Positions 40,458 to 52,320 of a stretch of DNA of 64,000 bases are shown one piece after another. This stretch comes from Octopus sinensis. Lineage: Eukaryota. Each line of letters begins with the position of its first letter. Within the stretch, counting starts at the first letter, position 1. The notes under the pieces were generated by a model. The model had not been told where the DNA came from and ran no database searches. It saw only the letters and a list, made by a program, of their open reading frames with translations. The translations under genes and the position numbers were made by a program. The stretch is taken from assembly GCF_006345805.1 (NCBI RefSeq), contig NC_043012.1:11408001-11472000 (forward strand), written 5' to 3'.

Positions 40458-40609
40458 CACCAACAGCCTCTATTGTTTGACTGGCTTACCAAAATTAAAA
40501 CATCTACTTCTGCAATGCTCGGCCCAGAAACGAGTTAATCCAGTTTGCCAAGAAGATCTTTACCAGGACAAAATACTTAACATGTTTCAAAATTTAGAGT
40601 CGTTAGATG
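40458..40609 (+). CDS. LRRC61: LRRC61 coding exon 5 (LRR cap)
   Basis: ttttcag|C ACC...GAT G|gtagga; TNSLYCLTGLPKLKHLLL...NPVC..LY...ILNMFQNLESLD aligns with recalled LQCLAGLPCLEYLRL..NPLC...VRELLPGLKVID. Confidence 0.9.
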
Positions 40610-40825
40610 GTAGGATTTCATTTAGTCATTTGACTCTTGATACATGGACACCTTTATTCACCGAATGGCCAACAAGCTGGTCCCGTAACTTTATTTTTGA
40701 TATCTTATTGAATGTATTTCTTTACTTATTACCTTCAGAAAGACACAAACTTGCATTTCCCTTTGCCTATAAAACAATTTAACCTTCATAGAACAATATA
40801 CAAGACAAGTAAATCAAGTAAACTA

Positions 40826-40856
<31 letters not shown>

Positions 40857-41197
40857 GTCTTTGTTTGACTTTTGCTTTACATTTGTACAAATTGGCTCCA
40901 AGTCTCACCCAGAGACTTCAAGAGACAACAAGTTGGAAGTTCATGTTGGTGTTATGCCTAGGGTGCCATATATTTGGTTTTGTACCTAGTGTTGCACCAG
41001 GACTTATCTTGTCTAAACGCCAACAGCAGTGACAACTGAGATTCTAAGTAATCACTTATCTGTTAGAAATAGTAGCTAAATCTTCCTTGAATCATACCCT
41101 ATCGTCATAAGAAAGACGGTATACATACATGTAATATCTTACCTGTACATGCAGGCAATATCCTTTCTGACATTATATATCTTACCTTTACACACAG

Positions 41198-41290
41198 GTA
41201 ATATCCTTTATGGTGCTTGCAAAGAACTTAATCAACTTGTAGATGAGTTGGATTCCATAGTCATTGATAATCCTCCGGAACAGATCAAGA
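41198..41290 (+). CDS. LRRC61: LRRC61 coding exon 6
   Basis: cacacag|GT AAT...AAG A|gtaagt; GNILYGACKELNQLVDELDSIVIDNPPEQIK; phases fit on both sides. Confidence 0.85.
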
Positions 41291-42149
41291 GTAAGTATAT
41301 GAGCACCACCACCACCACCATCATTGTCATCACTGCAGGAAATGACCACTGACAAAAATTCTTGCCACCAACCCTTGCTTGGCTCAATATTCTTTAGCAT
41401 TGGATGTGATATGAATAATCTCCTAAATACTCTTTCTCAGAAATTCTTGCTTCAAGAATCTCTGAAATGTCTTTTAGAAAATTTTAAACTAAAAGCCCAT
41501 ATACTAATTAGCTCAGTAGTGACATCTATGTGACTATTTTCTCGTTTAAGAGAAAATAGTTGCTTCTTTTTTTTTATTTTTGAATTATAAGTAATAGTAA
41601 AGTATCAATTAAGTTAGAATCATCAGATCACATCATCATTAATCACCACCATCACCACTGTCATTACCAACACCACCACCACCACCACCACCACCATCAT
41701 CATTTTAATATCCATTTTATCATACTGGTATGTGTTGGTTGGGTCAATTCGGATAGTTTCTCACTACTTGTGATCCTTTGTAAGTTCTTTGTGGGGTCCA
41801 GCTTTCTGATGGCTTCTTTAGTGTTTGTTTTTCTGATGGCTTCTTTAGTGTTTGTTTTCTGCAGATCCTTTCAGAAAATGGAGAAAAACGGATTTTAACA
41901 AGTTACTACTAATTTAAATTAATAGGACTTCAACCACCTGACCAAAGAGTGCACAGTTTGTATCTCATCACTTACTTGGCTCTCACCTGGCCTCTTCTAA
42001 GAATTTTCAATCGAGACACCTCAAGGCCAGAAATTTATAGATTTGTGTTATTTTTTAATATAATTCCATTTATGTCTACAATGCTTTATAGGAATATCAA
42101 ATCAATCCTGATTAGATTATCACTTGTGTATAATTTGGTATTTTATTGA

Positions 42150-42440
42150 TCCTGGTTAGAGAGCCAGTCTCACGATCATGAGGTAATGATTTCAATTCCT
42201 GGACTGGGCTTGAGCAAGACACTTATTTCACATTGCTCCAGTTCTCTCAGCTGTAGAAATAAGTCGCAACGTCACTGGCGCCAAGCTGTATCGGCCTTTC
42301 CCTTTCTCTTGGATAACATTGATGGCATGGAGAGGAGAGGCTGGTATGCATGGGCGACTGCTAGTCTTTCATAAACAACATTGCCTGAACTTATGCCTCA
42401 GAGGCGAACTTTTTAGGTGCAATCCCATGGTCTTTACCCC
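42150..42440 (+). mobile_element. SINE family C, intronic
   Basis: Same body as 2605-2935, with CpG sites largely decayed. Confidence 0.8.
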
Positions 42441-42825
42441 TGTTGGAAGGAAGGGCCATGTTGTCACCTGTTGGATTTGAACTCAATTCATCGTAAAGGA
42501 ATGTAATAACCACTGCCAGCCATGTTGTTCATTACTTTATTGATTCCCCCCCCCACTCAAATTTCCCATTCTGCCCATCTATAAACAGTAACTTCGATTT
42601 GTATGACTAATTGCAATACTCGGAGGGAACACTGTAGAATTAATGAGTGTTTTGAAACAGTATTAAAATTTGCCTAACCGGTGTTTGATCCTGGATCCCG
42701 CTCAGATGTATGGGTACAATGGTCTTCATATATAACAGTCCCTGTAGTGGTGGAAACATTACTAAAACTACTAAGAACTCTTTAATGCATTTCATCTCTC
42801 TCTTGTGTTCTTTATATTTTTCTAG

Positions 42826-42933
42826 ATTTGAATATATCTGAGATCAAGGAAAATCTAAAAGATTTTGAAGTCCATCCCAGCAGTGTTGATTTTGAAAAAG
42901 CTGAAACTGAAGAAGCTGAAAATCATTTAAAAG
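42826..42933 (+). CDS. LRRC61: LRRC61 coding exon 7
   Basis: tttttctag|AT TTG...AAA G|gtaatc; open in phase 1/1: LNISEIKENLKDFEVHPSSVDFEKAETEEAENHLK. Confidence 0.8.
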
Positions 42934-44091
42934 GTAATCTTTAGTTTTCTCTTTTCAATGTGAACAAAAATGACTGTGGTGGTAATATACTGGACTACAG
43001 ATTACAAGGTCTTGAGTTCAGTCCCTATGATAGTTGTGTTTTGTCTAAGAGCAGTGTACATAACTCTTTTTGCTTCAACTTCCCTGGTTAACTAACAAAT
43101 AAGCCTCCACTCCGCCATCTAGTTCGTCAGACCTCAGTCAAATCGTCCAACCCATGCCAGCATGGAAAGCAGACGTTAAACGATGATGATGATGATGATG
43201 GTAGTTTGCTTTGTAACCATATGGTTCCAAATTCAATCCCATTATATGGTGTCTTGCTCAAGTGTTTTCTACCATATTCTCCAAGACCTTGTGGGTGGAA
43301 TTTGGGAGATAGAACCTGCATGGAAGCCCATTGTATTTACATCTCATTTGTTTGGGGTACTGGACATGAAAGTTCATGTTGTTCTCTTCTGCAAGCTGGT
43401 GCATTGGCATCAAGACTGATCAAGTAAAATATTTGGACACTTAAACAGGCTTCTGTACAGTTTCCATCTCTCAAGTCCACTCACAATGCTTTGATAGTTG
43501 CAAGATTATAGTAGAATATACTTACCCAAGGTGCTATATCATGGGACTGAACGCCAAACCATAAGGTGAATCCGGTGCCCCTCAATAATTTTTTTATATC
43601 TGCGTTTTGATAATTTAGATGTTGCCAGAGCAACAAGCTGGCCTTCGTGCCGATGGCACATTAAACACACCATTCGAGCGTGATCGTTACCGCGTCGCCT
43701 TATTAGCATTTGTACTGTGGCACGTGAAACATTTGAGCGAGGTTGTTGTCAGTGCCGCTGGACTGGCTCCTGTGCAGGTGGTACATAAAAAGTACCATTT
43801 GGGTGTGGCCGTTGCCAGTACCACCAAACTGGCCCTCGTGCTGGTGGCACGTAAAAGCACTCATTACACTCTCGGAGGCATCCAGCTGTAAAAACTGCCA
43901 GATCAGATTGGAGTCTGGTTCGCTAGACCTCAGTCAAATCATCCAACCCATGCTAGCATAGAAAGTGGATGTTAAATGATAATGATGATTTCAGGATTAC
44001 AGATGACATGTTCAGATGTAGTTTCTTTCACTTTGCATTGTTAAATTATTTTCATCGTTAATGAATCTTTGAACTTTCTCTATAATTGCAG

Positions 44092-44168
44092 TTTTACTGG
44101 GATCCTGCCAAGATCTGATTGATGGAACAAAGCAAAACATAAAACCTCTATTTACCACAATAATTTAG
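44092..44168 (+). CDS. LRRC61: LRRC61 last coding exon
   Basis: aattgcag|TT TTA CTG GGA TCC TGC CAA GAT...TAG; VLLGSCQDL resembles recalled DTLQECWDL. Total CDS is 729 nt, 242 aa. Confidence 0.78.
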
Positions 44169-45814
44169 ACACATTTTCATATTTTGATTTGTCCTCTCTA
44201 AATACCAATGACACGCGTCTGCTGTGGAGGTGGAGGTGGAAATGGTGAAATCTATGGAAGAAAATCTAGAAATTCCTGTGTGATGAAGAACTGGGTGAAA
44301 CTTGGGAGAATTTGGACTCAAAAATGTAGAAGGGCAGAAGTGGAAACAATTTGGCATTTCATCCAATCCTGATTCATTTCTGTCAAATTGCTCTCTTCAG
44401 ATGCATTCATAAGATTAAATATATTAGAATCCTTTCGTCATTTTCTCAATTTTGTTTTTAATTTACTAAGAAAGTTTAGTCCTGAGTCAGATTTCATTTT
44501 GTACAGTTCTTTAATCAGGCATTCCAGTCATGACTATCCCATGTTTTTACACCTACAATTACATTGTTTAAAGTGTTCAATTGTAAGACTGTGGAGTGTC
44601 ATATGAGGTAGATTAGACTGCTATTTCTAGCAGTGTGAACTGCCGCAAAGGTTTTTTGGGAAGTTTTAAAATTAATTTAGAAGTTGTTGGTGTTGATATA
44701 TTCTCAATACTGTTGTGGGATAAGATCTCGAGAGTTGCCTCATTGAAGCTGATTTAGTTTTGTCTTTTGGAAAGGCATAAACATCACTCTTTCACATTAC
44801 TTCTTTTAATGATGCAAAACAGTACTCTTTCTTCATGTTGATAATCTCCTCAACAAGACATCATAAACATCACACAATCTCCCAGACTTTTAAAATCTTG
44901 ACATCAGATGAAGAAAGAAATGAACAGCATAGAGGAAGAAGAGTTATAAAGGAAGACCTCCTGACATGCTTAATCAACAGTGTGGTTTCAATTCCAAGTT
45001 AATATCAATCCACCTGAGATTACTAATACAAGAGATCATATTTAAAATTTGAAAAAAAAACCCAACAAACCTTTATCAAAATCTCATTAGCGTGATAACA
45101 AGATCTCAGTTGACCAACACCAGCATAATATACAAAATATCAAATTACCAATATTTTATGAAAACCCCTGCAAAATCTTGATTATATTAACTACTTGAAA
45201 CATAGGCCTTTGTAAAACATTTAAAGCTATTTCATTTGTCAGTTGGAAGGGCATGAATGCCTAAAAGTCATACTTCTCTAAACTCTGATTATTCTTTTGT
45301 GTATATCAGTGCCCATTAAAAAATCAAAGCATTCACATTATAGATCACTCCACAACATAACATACACATGTTTATCCTATTTCAAACACCTTTTGCTTTA
45401 ATTTTTCGTTTCAACCTTCTACATTTTGAGTTCCAATTCTACCAAGACAGATTTAGTATTTTCTTCATTTAGGATCACATCATTCCAAATCTAATTCTAG
45501 CAATAACAGTTCCAACTGAAACTGCATTACCCAGTGCATTCTTCCATTTTTTAAGCTAATAAGGTTATTTTCAGAAGGACTTGGCTGTTATTTTTGCACC
45601 TCGTAGAGGCTCTCACATTGGCTGAACTTTTACCAGTAATATAATGTAGATGAATTAAATAAACTCCTTTGTAACCTGCAGTCAGCCATGCATCTATTCA
45701 ACAGAACTTTAAATACACATCCCATTGCCAAAATTCTTTCATGTGCATTTCATATTTTGAATTGAAATATATATATATATATATGTAGAAGGTTGAAAAG
45801 GAATACACGAATTG

Positions 45815-46266
45815 ATATATATGGAAAAAAAGTCACGGTAGAAAATGCTAAAATAATTTTATAAAAAACATTTCAGTACCGGTTTCAGTCATTGAAACTT
45901 TTTCAACTGTAAGTATGGAAAACAATTAAATTTGGGAAAAGTTAAAAGAAAAGTTTTTTTAAAAGAATATTTGTATAGTATTCAAATACAAGTGGCATTT
46001 TCCTTGTTTCTGCCTGTCTCTGTCTCTCTTGTTTACTCTTACGATCTCGAACCCACAAGAGTAAACGAGAGAGACAGAGACAGGCAGAAACAAGGAAAAT
46101 GCCCCTTGTATTTGAATACTATGTAAATATTCTTTTAACTTTTCCAAAATTTAATTGTTTTCCATACTTACAGTTGAAAAAGTCTCAATGACTGAAACTG
46201 GCACTGAAATGTTTTTTATAAAATTATTTTAGCATTTTCTACTTTGACTTTTTTTTCCATATATAT
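45815..46266. repeat. Long inverted repeat (arms about 226 and 210 bp, 16-nt loop)
   Basis: Left arm 45815-46040 is the reverse complement of 46057-46266 with few mismatches and one left-arm insertion. Confidence 0.95.
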
Positions 46267-47642
46267 ATATACACATATATTACATACTCATGCTAGCATG
46301 GAAGGCAGACATTAAATGATGATACACATGTATTTTGAAATAAAATTTTGAAAGGTTTAGTGCAGTTTTCTCTTTTATTTAATGAAATTAAATATATTAT
46401 GTCACACCTTGTTATTGTTTAGTCCAAAATTAAACAGAGATCTAATCAAAGGTATTCCATGACCACCCTGTCATTTTAATGGTATCTAAGGAGTGTGATA
46501 TTTTAACTTGCACATGACATAAAGTGAGGGACGGTGGTGCAACATTATCTTCCCCACTCTCTCGTCCCTTCCTATGTGACTCCAGTGACAGGACATGGTC
46601 AAGATGACCAGAGATAAGTCAGGATGCAGTGGATGGCTGTAGTGTCCTTTATGTCTTACTGTGCCTCGTTTGTGCTTCACAATGCTTGCTGGTCTGACCT
46701 CCTACTCATTGAACCACATCCAGTCTTTGCATGCATGGTTAGACAAACCCTGGCTCACCAACGGTTTGAAAGTGATTAGCTACCCTCAATATGGTTCAGG
46801 TGGCCTATGAAAGCCATTGCATGAGGTGTCTGGATTAGGTAGTACCTTTGACTAGGAAATGCAGTGCTCTTCATAGTAGTTAGCCTGCTTTGGTCCTCAC
46901 CTGATACCCAGCAAAGCTGAATGCATGCAAGTGGCTACACCCTGGTATCTAGGGCTACATTATTTAATGTACAAAGTTCCATACCATTTTTCTAACACCG
47001 AGGGTATGATTTGATGAGAATTTAGCTGTTATTTCCAAATTATGCAACTACATAGGGGGACCCTTGTACGTTATATCTTGTTCTCAATTGGATATTTTCC
47101 AAAGAAAGAAGAGTTTTATAAAGTAACTTTTTATTTTGTCTGTCATTAACCCTTTTGCATTTAAACTGGCCAAATGTAGCTCACATGTTGTATGTTTGAA
47201 CTGGCCAGAAGACCAAGAAAAATGGAAGCTGATATAGTAAGAGTAAAAAATGTAAATTAATGAAATAATGAGGCTAATGAAGATTGGTTTCAAGAAGTTC
47301 CAGGTTGGATTTTTATTGGAAAAATCTCTCAAAAATATTTCTTCCATATTATTTTAAAACATTTTATAACAATGTGAAGAGAAGAAAGAAAAAAATGCAA
47401 AATAAAAAGTAAATAATAAATAAAGATTTGATGGAAAAGATGATGTGAAAAATGATTGACAAACTGTTAATTCCACTAAAACCCTTCTGATATTTGTAAT
47501 TTTAGAGTTCCTCCATCAGCATTTTAAGTTTGATTGAAAACTGAAAGACTAAAAAAAGAACCAAAAAATTCTTTTGCAAATCTTCAGATAAGATTGTTTT
47601 GGAGGTTCGATAAATCAAAAGTTCTGCTAAAACCGGTCTTAT

Positions 47643-47758
47643 TCATTCTTTGAACTTCCATTCCTGTCGACACATCGGACACAATTGGTGGACCTGTTGT
47701 GAGTTGAGCCATTTCACTATGCAGTGGATATGGAAGCAGTGAGAACACTGACCCCACA
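47643..47758 (-). CDS. ANAPC11: ANAPC11 last coding exon (C-terminal RING-H2 half)
   Basis: atattttcag|TG TGG GGT CAG...AAA GAA TGA; (V)WGQCSHCFHIHCIVKWLNSQQVHQLCPMCRQEWKFKE closely matches the known APC11 C-terminus. Confidence 0.97.
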
Positions 47759-49112
47759 CTGAAAATATTAAAAATAACAATAATGACATTAGACATTTTA
47801 AATGCAAATGAGAGAGAGAGAGAGAGTGTAACAGATCCATAGACAGGATTTAATACCAGTTTTATATCTTCAGTTCAGTGACAGTGTTACTGAAAACTAG
47901 AGAGCTTGCCATTACAGCATCTTGGGAAAGTACCTGCTACTATAGCCCCAGGCCAAGCAATACCTTGTAGTAAGTGGAATTGATAGATGAAAAATACGAT
48001 ATGGAAGCAAGTAAGAGATATACGGCTCAGCCCCTGTAAGTGGACTTCTATCATTTTTCTGTCTCAATTGACACATTATAATGGTAACCAATAATTTGTA
48101 CTTAATGATTAATGAAATGTTCCCTCATCTGTGATCCAGAAGAAAGTATTTAACTCTTTTTAATACAAACCAACATAATACTATCTTGGTTCCATTGATG
48201 TGTTTCCAAATGCTCTTAAACCATAAGCCCTTAACCCTCTATCATTTAAACTAGCCATATCAGGCCCAAATATTCTAACTGTTTTATGTTCAAACTGGAC
48301 AGATCAGGCCTTTCACACCTACCTTACAATGTCATTCCAAAAATAAACAGTCACATCTTCAAAGTCTAGAAGCTGTGATATAATGCAAGATAAATTCAAA
48401 ACAAAATGAATAAATAAGCTGCTGAAGGGTTGAAATAATTCTGTGTAAGAACTTTTTGTTAAGTCATGTTCCAAACATCAATTTATCAGTGACAAAGTTT
48501 GACACTTTACAAAATATTTCCAGATGTTTTAGGTTATTTTCAATATTTAACGAAAGACATGGCAGAATTTTTAAAATAGTTCTTCAAAACTTGAACTATG
48601 GTTGATATGAAGCAACTGAACAGCTCAACTACTGGATTAGCAGTTCATTGACATTGGTGATAAAATCAAACTCAAACATATTTTTATATCAACAAAAAGA
48701 CATTTTAATATGTGGCTTGGTTTATTGGTCTATATAACTGTAGAGAATAGAATAACTACAAGGATCTGTGGGAGAGAAGTCAACCAACAATAGGCTGGTA
48801 TGCTAGTTGATAAAAACATTGTCTCACTCATTTGGTACACAACAGTCTTAATGTACTCCTGTCTTTGTGAAAAAGTTAAAAAACATTGTAGGGAAAGCAT
48901 TTGAAAATATTCCCAGACTGTGGTTTTATTTCGTCAGTTCACTGTACACGTAGCAGACTTAAATGCAATAAGATAAATTTAGGATTAATTTTATTACTTG
49001 CAAATCTGGTGACGTGTACTGTTGATCAAGGGAAGACAAATATATGGGAAAGTTAGCCATGTTTATCTCACATAAATTAACATATATTGGAGTTAACACA
49101 CACACACATAGG

Positions 49113-49500
49113 TGCAGGAGTGGCTGTGTGGTAAGTAGCTTGCTTACCAACCACATAGTTCCAGGTTCAGTCCCACTGCGTGGCACACCTTGGGCAAGTG
49201 TCTTCTACTATAGCTTCGGGCTGGCCAAAGCCTTGTGAGTGGATTTGGTAGACGGAAACTGAAAGAAGCCCGTTGTGTATATGTGTGTGTGTGTTGTATG
49301 TTTATGTTTGTCCCCCCCCTCCCCACCAACATCGCTTGATAACCGATGCTGGTGTGTTTACGTCCCCATCACTTAGTGGTTCGGCAAGAGGGACCGATAG
49401 AATAAGTACTGGGCTTACAAAGAATAAATCCTGGAGTCGATTTGCTCGACTAAAGGTGGTGCTCCAGCATGGCCACAGTCAAATGACTGAAATAAATAAA
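49113..49500 (+). mobile_element. SINE family A, full length, in the ANAPC11 intron
   Basis: Same head, body and tail as 6948-7358. Confidence 0.9.
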
Positions 49501-49864
49501 AGAAAGAAAGAAAGAACAAAAGAATATAATTTCTTTTACTTATTTCAGTTAATTAGACTGTGGCCATGCTGGGGCACCATTTTGAACAATCTTTTAGTCA
49601 AACGAATCAACTCCAGTACTTATTCAATCAGTCTCTTTTGCTGAACTGTTAAGTTATGGAAATGTAAACATTCCAACTCCAGTTGTCAAGCAGTGGTGGT
49701 GGACAAAAAGATACAAAGACACATGTACACAGATTATAAAACATCCATTTGATATATATATATATATAAGGGTGAAAATTGAATATTAATTTGAATTAAT
49801 ATCAATTTAAAACCAGTAGTCTAGCATATTAAAACCCAAAGATTCAGAAAAATTATATTACATA

Positions 49865-50083
49865 ATATAAGGAGGATGACCACTAAGTGGACATCCATTA
49901 TGCTAGAAGTAGATCCACTATGGTCTTACCACTAAGAAAAGAATGTTCTCAAGAGAATTTAGCAAACACTCACGTTCTGGCATTTGCTAAATTTTCTTGA
50001 GAACATTCCTTTCTTAGTGGTAAGACCATAGCGGATCTACTTTTAGCATAATGGATATCCACGTAGTGGTCATCCCTCTTATA

Positions 50084-50084
<1 letters not shown>
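49865..50084. repeat. Inverted repeat, arms about 100 bp, 16-nt loop
   Basis: atataaggaggatgaccact...gagaatttagcaaa | cactcacgttctggca | tttgctaaattttc...agtggtcatccctcttatat. Confidence 0.93.
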
Positions 50085-50124
<40 letters not shown>

Positions 50125-50353
50125 ACGTAAAATCAATGGGCTTTTTTTAGTTTCTGTCTCCCAAATCCACTCACAAGGTTTTGGTCAGCCCAAGGCTACA
50201 GTAAAAGGCATTTGCCTAAGGTAGTATGCAGTGGGACAGAACCCAGAACCATGTGGTTGGGAAGCAAGCTTTTTACCACACAGCCACCTGTGCTTATATA
50301 TATATATATATAATAAAAAAAAAAACTAGGTGTAATAAAATAAGGGTACCCAC

Positions 50354-50472
50354 CAAGAGGACAGTCATCGCCAGGAAGTTTGCAATCAGGACAGCAACCA
50401 TCGAATGCCATGCGACAAATTCCACAATTATCATCATTGGCAATCCATCGCCATGTGGCCACAGCTGTCCAG
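50354..50472 (-). CDS. ANAPC11: ANAPC11 coding exon 3 (requires phase-2 entry)
   Basis: ttctcattgtttcag|C TGG ACA GCT GTG...CCT CTT G|gtgggt; [39 protein letters not shown]. Confidence 0.96.
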
Positions 50473-51269
50473 CTGAAACAATGAGAAGGATCAGAAATAT
50501 ATCAATACTATTTACATAAACCAGTAGAGTGTGTATTTGTGTGTGTCTTTCTCTCTATATTTGTCCCCCACCACGCGTTGACAACCTGTGTTGGGGTGTT
50601 TATGACTCTGGAACTTAGCAGTTTAGCAAAAGAAATTAATAGAATAAGTACCAGTTTTAACCCATTCGTTACCAACCTGGCTGAAACCGGCTCTGGCTCA
50701 GTATACCAGCCTGTGGGTGCAATAAAATGAGCTCATAGGCACAATTGCGCCTGCAGGTGGGGTTTCCCCACCCTTGATTTAATAGAATCTATTTCACATG
50801 GTCTGTTATTGATATCTGTTACTGTGAATTTACTTACAAAATCCATCTTTTCTGTCAGCACACCTATGATTCCACTTCATTTCTCTTTCTCAATATGTAT
50901 TCATGAAAGAAGTAAACAATGAGCAAACCAGGAAACTAGTTCTTTCTAATAAAAATAACAGCAATGGATTTGAACTCTAGAGCTATGATTTGGAAATCAA
51001 GTACCTCAACCATCCAGCTATTTCTTTTCAACTCTCTTAACCACAAACCTTAGCAGAAACAAAAGACATACAAACTGCAACCAGGAAAAAAATATGACAC
51101 TTCACATAGTTGTAGCCTACAATAAAGATGCCACATATTAACATTGTAAATTGGGACTTACAAATTGATCCTATGTCTACCAGAGAGGACGGTCACAGTA
51201 CTTACATGATTATTTGATTGAACATCTAGAAAACAGAGGAAGAGAAGTGACATTCACATTTTTCTATCA

Positions 51270-52130
51270 GCCTCCCCTGGCACGTAAAAAGCACTATCTG
51301 TACGTGGCCGATGCCAGCGCCGCCTTGACCGGCTTCCGTGCCGGTGGCACGTAAAAACCACCAACCGATCGTGGCTGTTGCCAGCCTCCCCTGGCATGTA
51401 AAAAGCACCTTCCGTACGTGGTCGATGTCAGCGCCACCTTGACTGGCTTCCGTGCCAGTGGCATGTAAAAAGCCCCAACCAATCGTGGCCGTTGCCAGCC
51501 TCCCCTGGCACATAAAAGGCACCCACTACACTCACGGAGTGGTTGGCGTTAGGAAGGGCATCCACTGTAGAAATCCAGTGTAGAAACACTGCCAGATCAG
51601 ACTGGAGGCTGGTGCAGCCTCCTGGCTTCCCAGACCCCAGTCAAACTGTCCAACCCATGCTAGCATAGAAAACGGACGTTAAACGATGATGATGATGATT
51701 TAACGTTAGTTTTTCCATGCTGACATGAGTTGGATAGTTTGACAGGAGCTGAGCAGCTGAGGGGTTATTCAGGGCCCCTGTCTGTTTTGGCAGGATTTCT
51801 ACAGCTGGATGCCCTTCTAATGCCGTCCACTTCACAGAGTGTACTAGGTACTGTTATGCAGCACTGGCATGGGTGTTTTTTACATGGCACCAGCACCTAC
51901 AAGCCTGTGAGATTAGGGATACTCAGCTGAAGAGGATTGCAGGGGACAAGCCTGTATGCAAAGACAACTACTTACTTAGCTTGACATGTCTTTTCAAGCA
52001 CAACAAACTGCCAGGGATCTCGGTCCCCCGAAATCCCTTCTGTGAGTTCCAACGTCAGTAAATGATTTCTCACCACTTTGTCCCACGTCTTCCTGGGTCT
52101 ACCCCTTCCACATGTTCCCGCTCGAATTAT
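51270..52130. mobile_element. Two oppositely oriented RTE-type 3' fragments sharing a (GAT)n junction; the first has an internal ~110-bp duplication
   Basis: ggcacgtaaaaagcac repeats, then ggatgcccttc and ccaacccatgc motifs on both strands around 51680-51710. Confidence 0.7.
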
Positions 52131-52320
52131 AGAGCAGCATCTCTAATGTTCATCAATAAAGCGATATAACTCCAACCAGAATTTAAAAGTTATGTAGTCA
52201 GAATTGGTATACCTGAATCTTACCTCTTGGCTGTAGCACACAGGATAGAGAAACTTTAGAAATAAAAAAAAATCCTTTTATGATCAGGAAACCATTCTTT
52301 CTTACCAAACTGCTACTCAC

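Noticed and set aside
41865-41917. Possible extra LRRC61 exon (ttttctgcag|ATCCTTTC...)
   Set aside because: It hits a stop within 17 codons, has no clear donor, and the gene model is complete without it.
50196-50462. Single-exon 88-aa ORF MATWRW...GGYPYFITP as the ANAPC11 product
   Set aside because: It starts at a GTG within exon 3 and reads through the donor into intron and SINE sequence, losing half the RING.
50354-50463. Alternative acceptor acag|CT that fixes the frame without a microexon (MKVKVK-T-VATW, 81 aa)
   Set aside because: It would delete the conserved Trp8 although TGG ACA GCT is preserved, and the upstream tttcag has the pyrimidine tract. It cannot be excluded without RNA data.
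50838-50851. 14-nt microexon candidate (ctgacag|AAAAGATGGATTTT|gtaagt, minus strand)
   Set aside because: The acceptor lacks a pyrimidine tract; probably chance.
51162-51170. 9-nt microexon candidate (catag|GATCAATTT|gtaagt, minus strand)
   Set aside because: Poor pyrimidine tract and only 35 nt from the 20-nt candidate's donor.
51976-51979. 4-nt microexon candidate (caag|CTAA|gtaagt, minus strand)
   Set aside because: It lies within a dispersed RTE-type repeat and has no pyrimidine tract.
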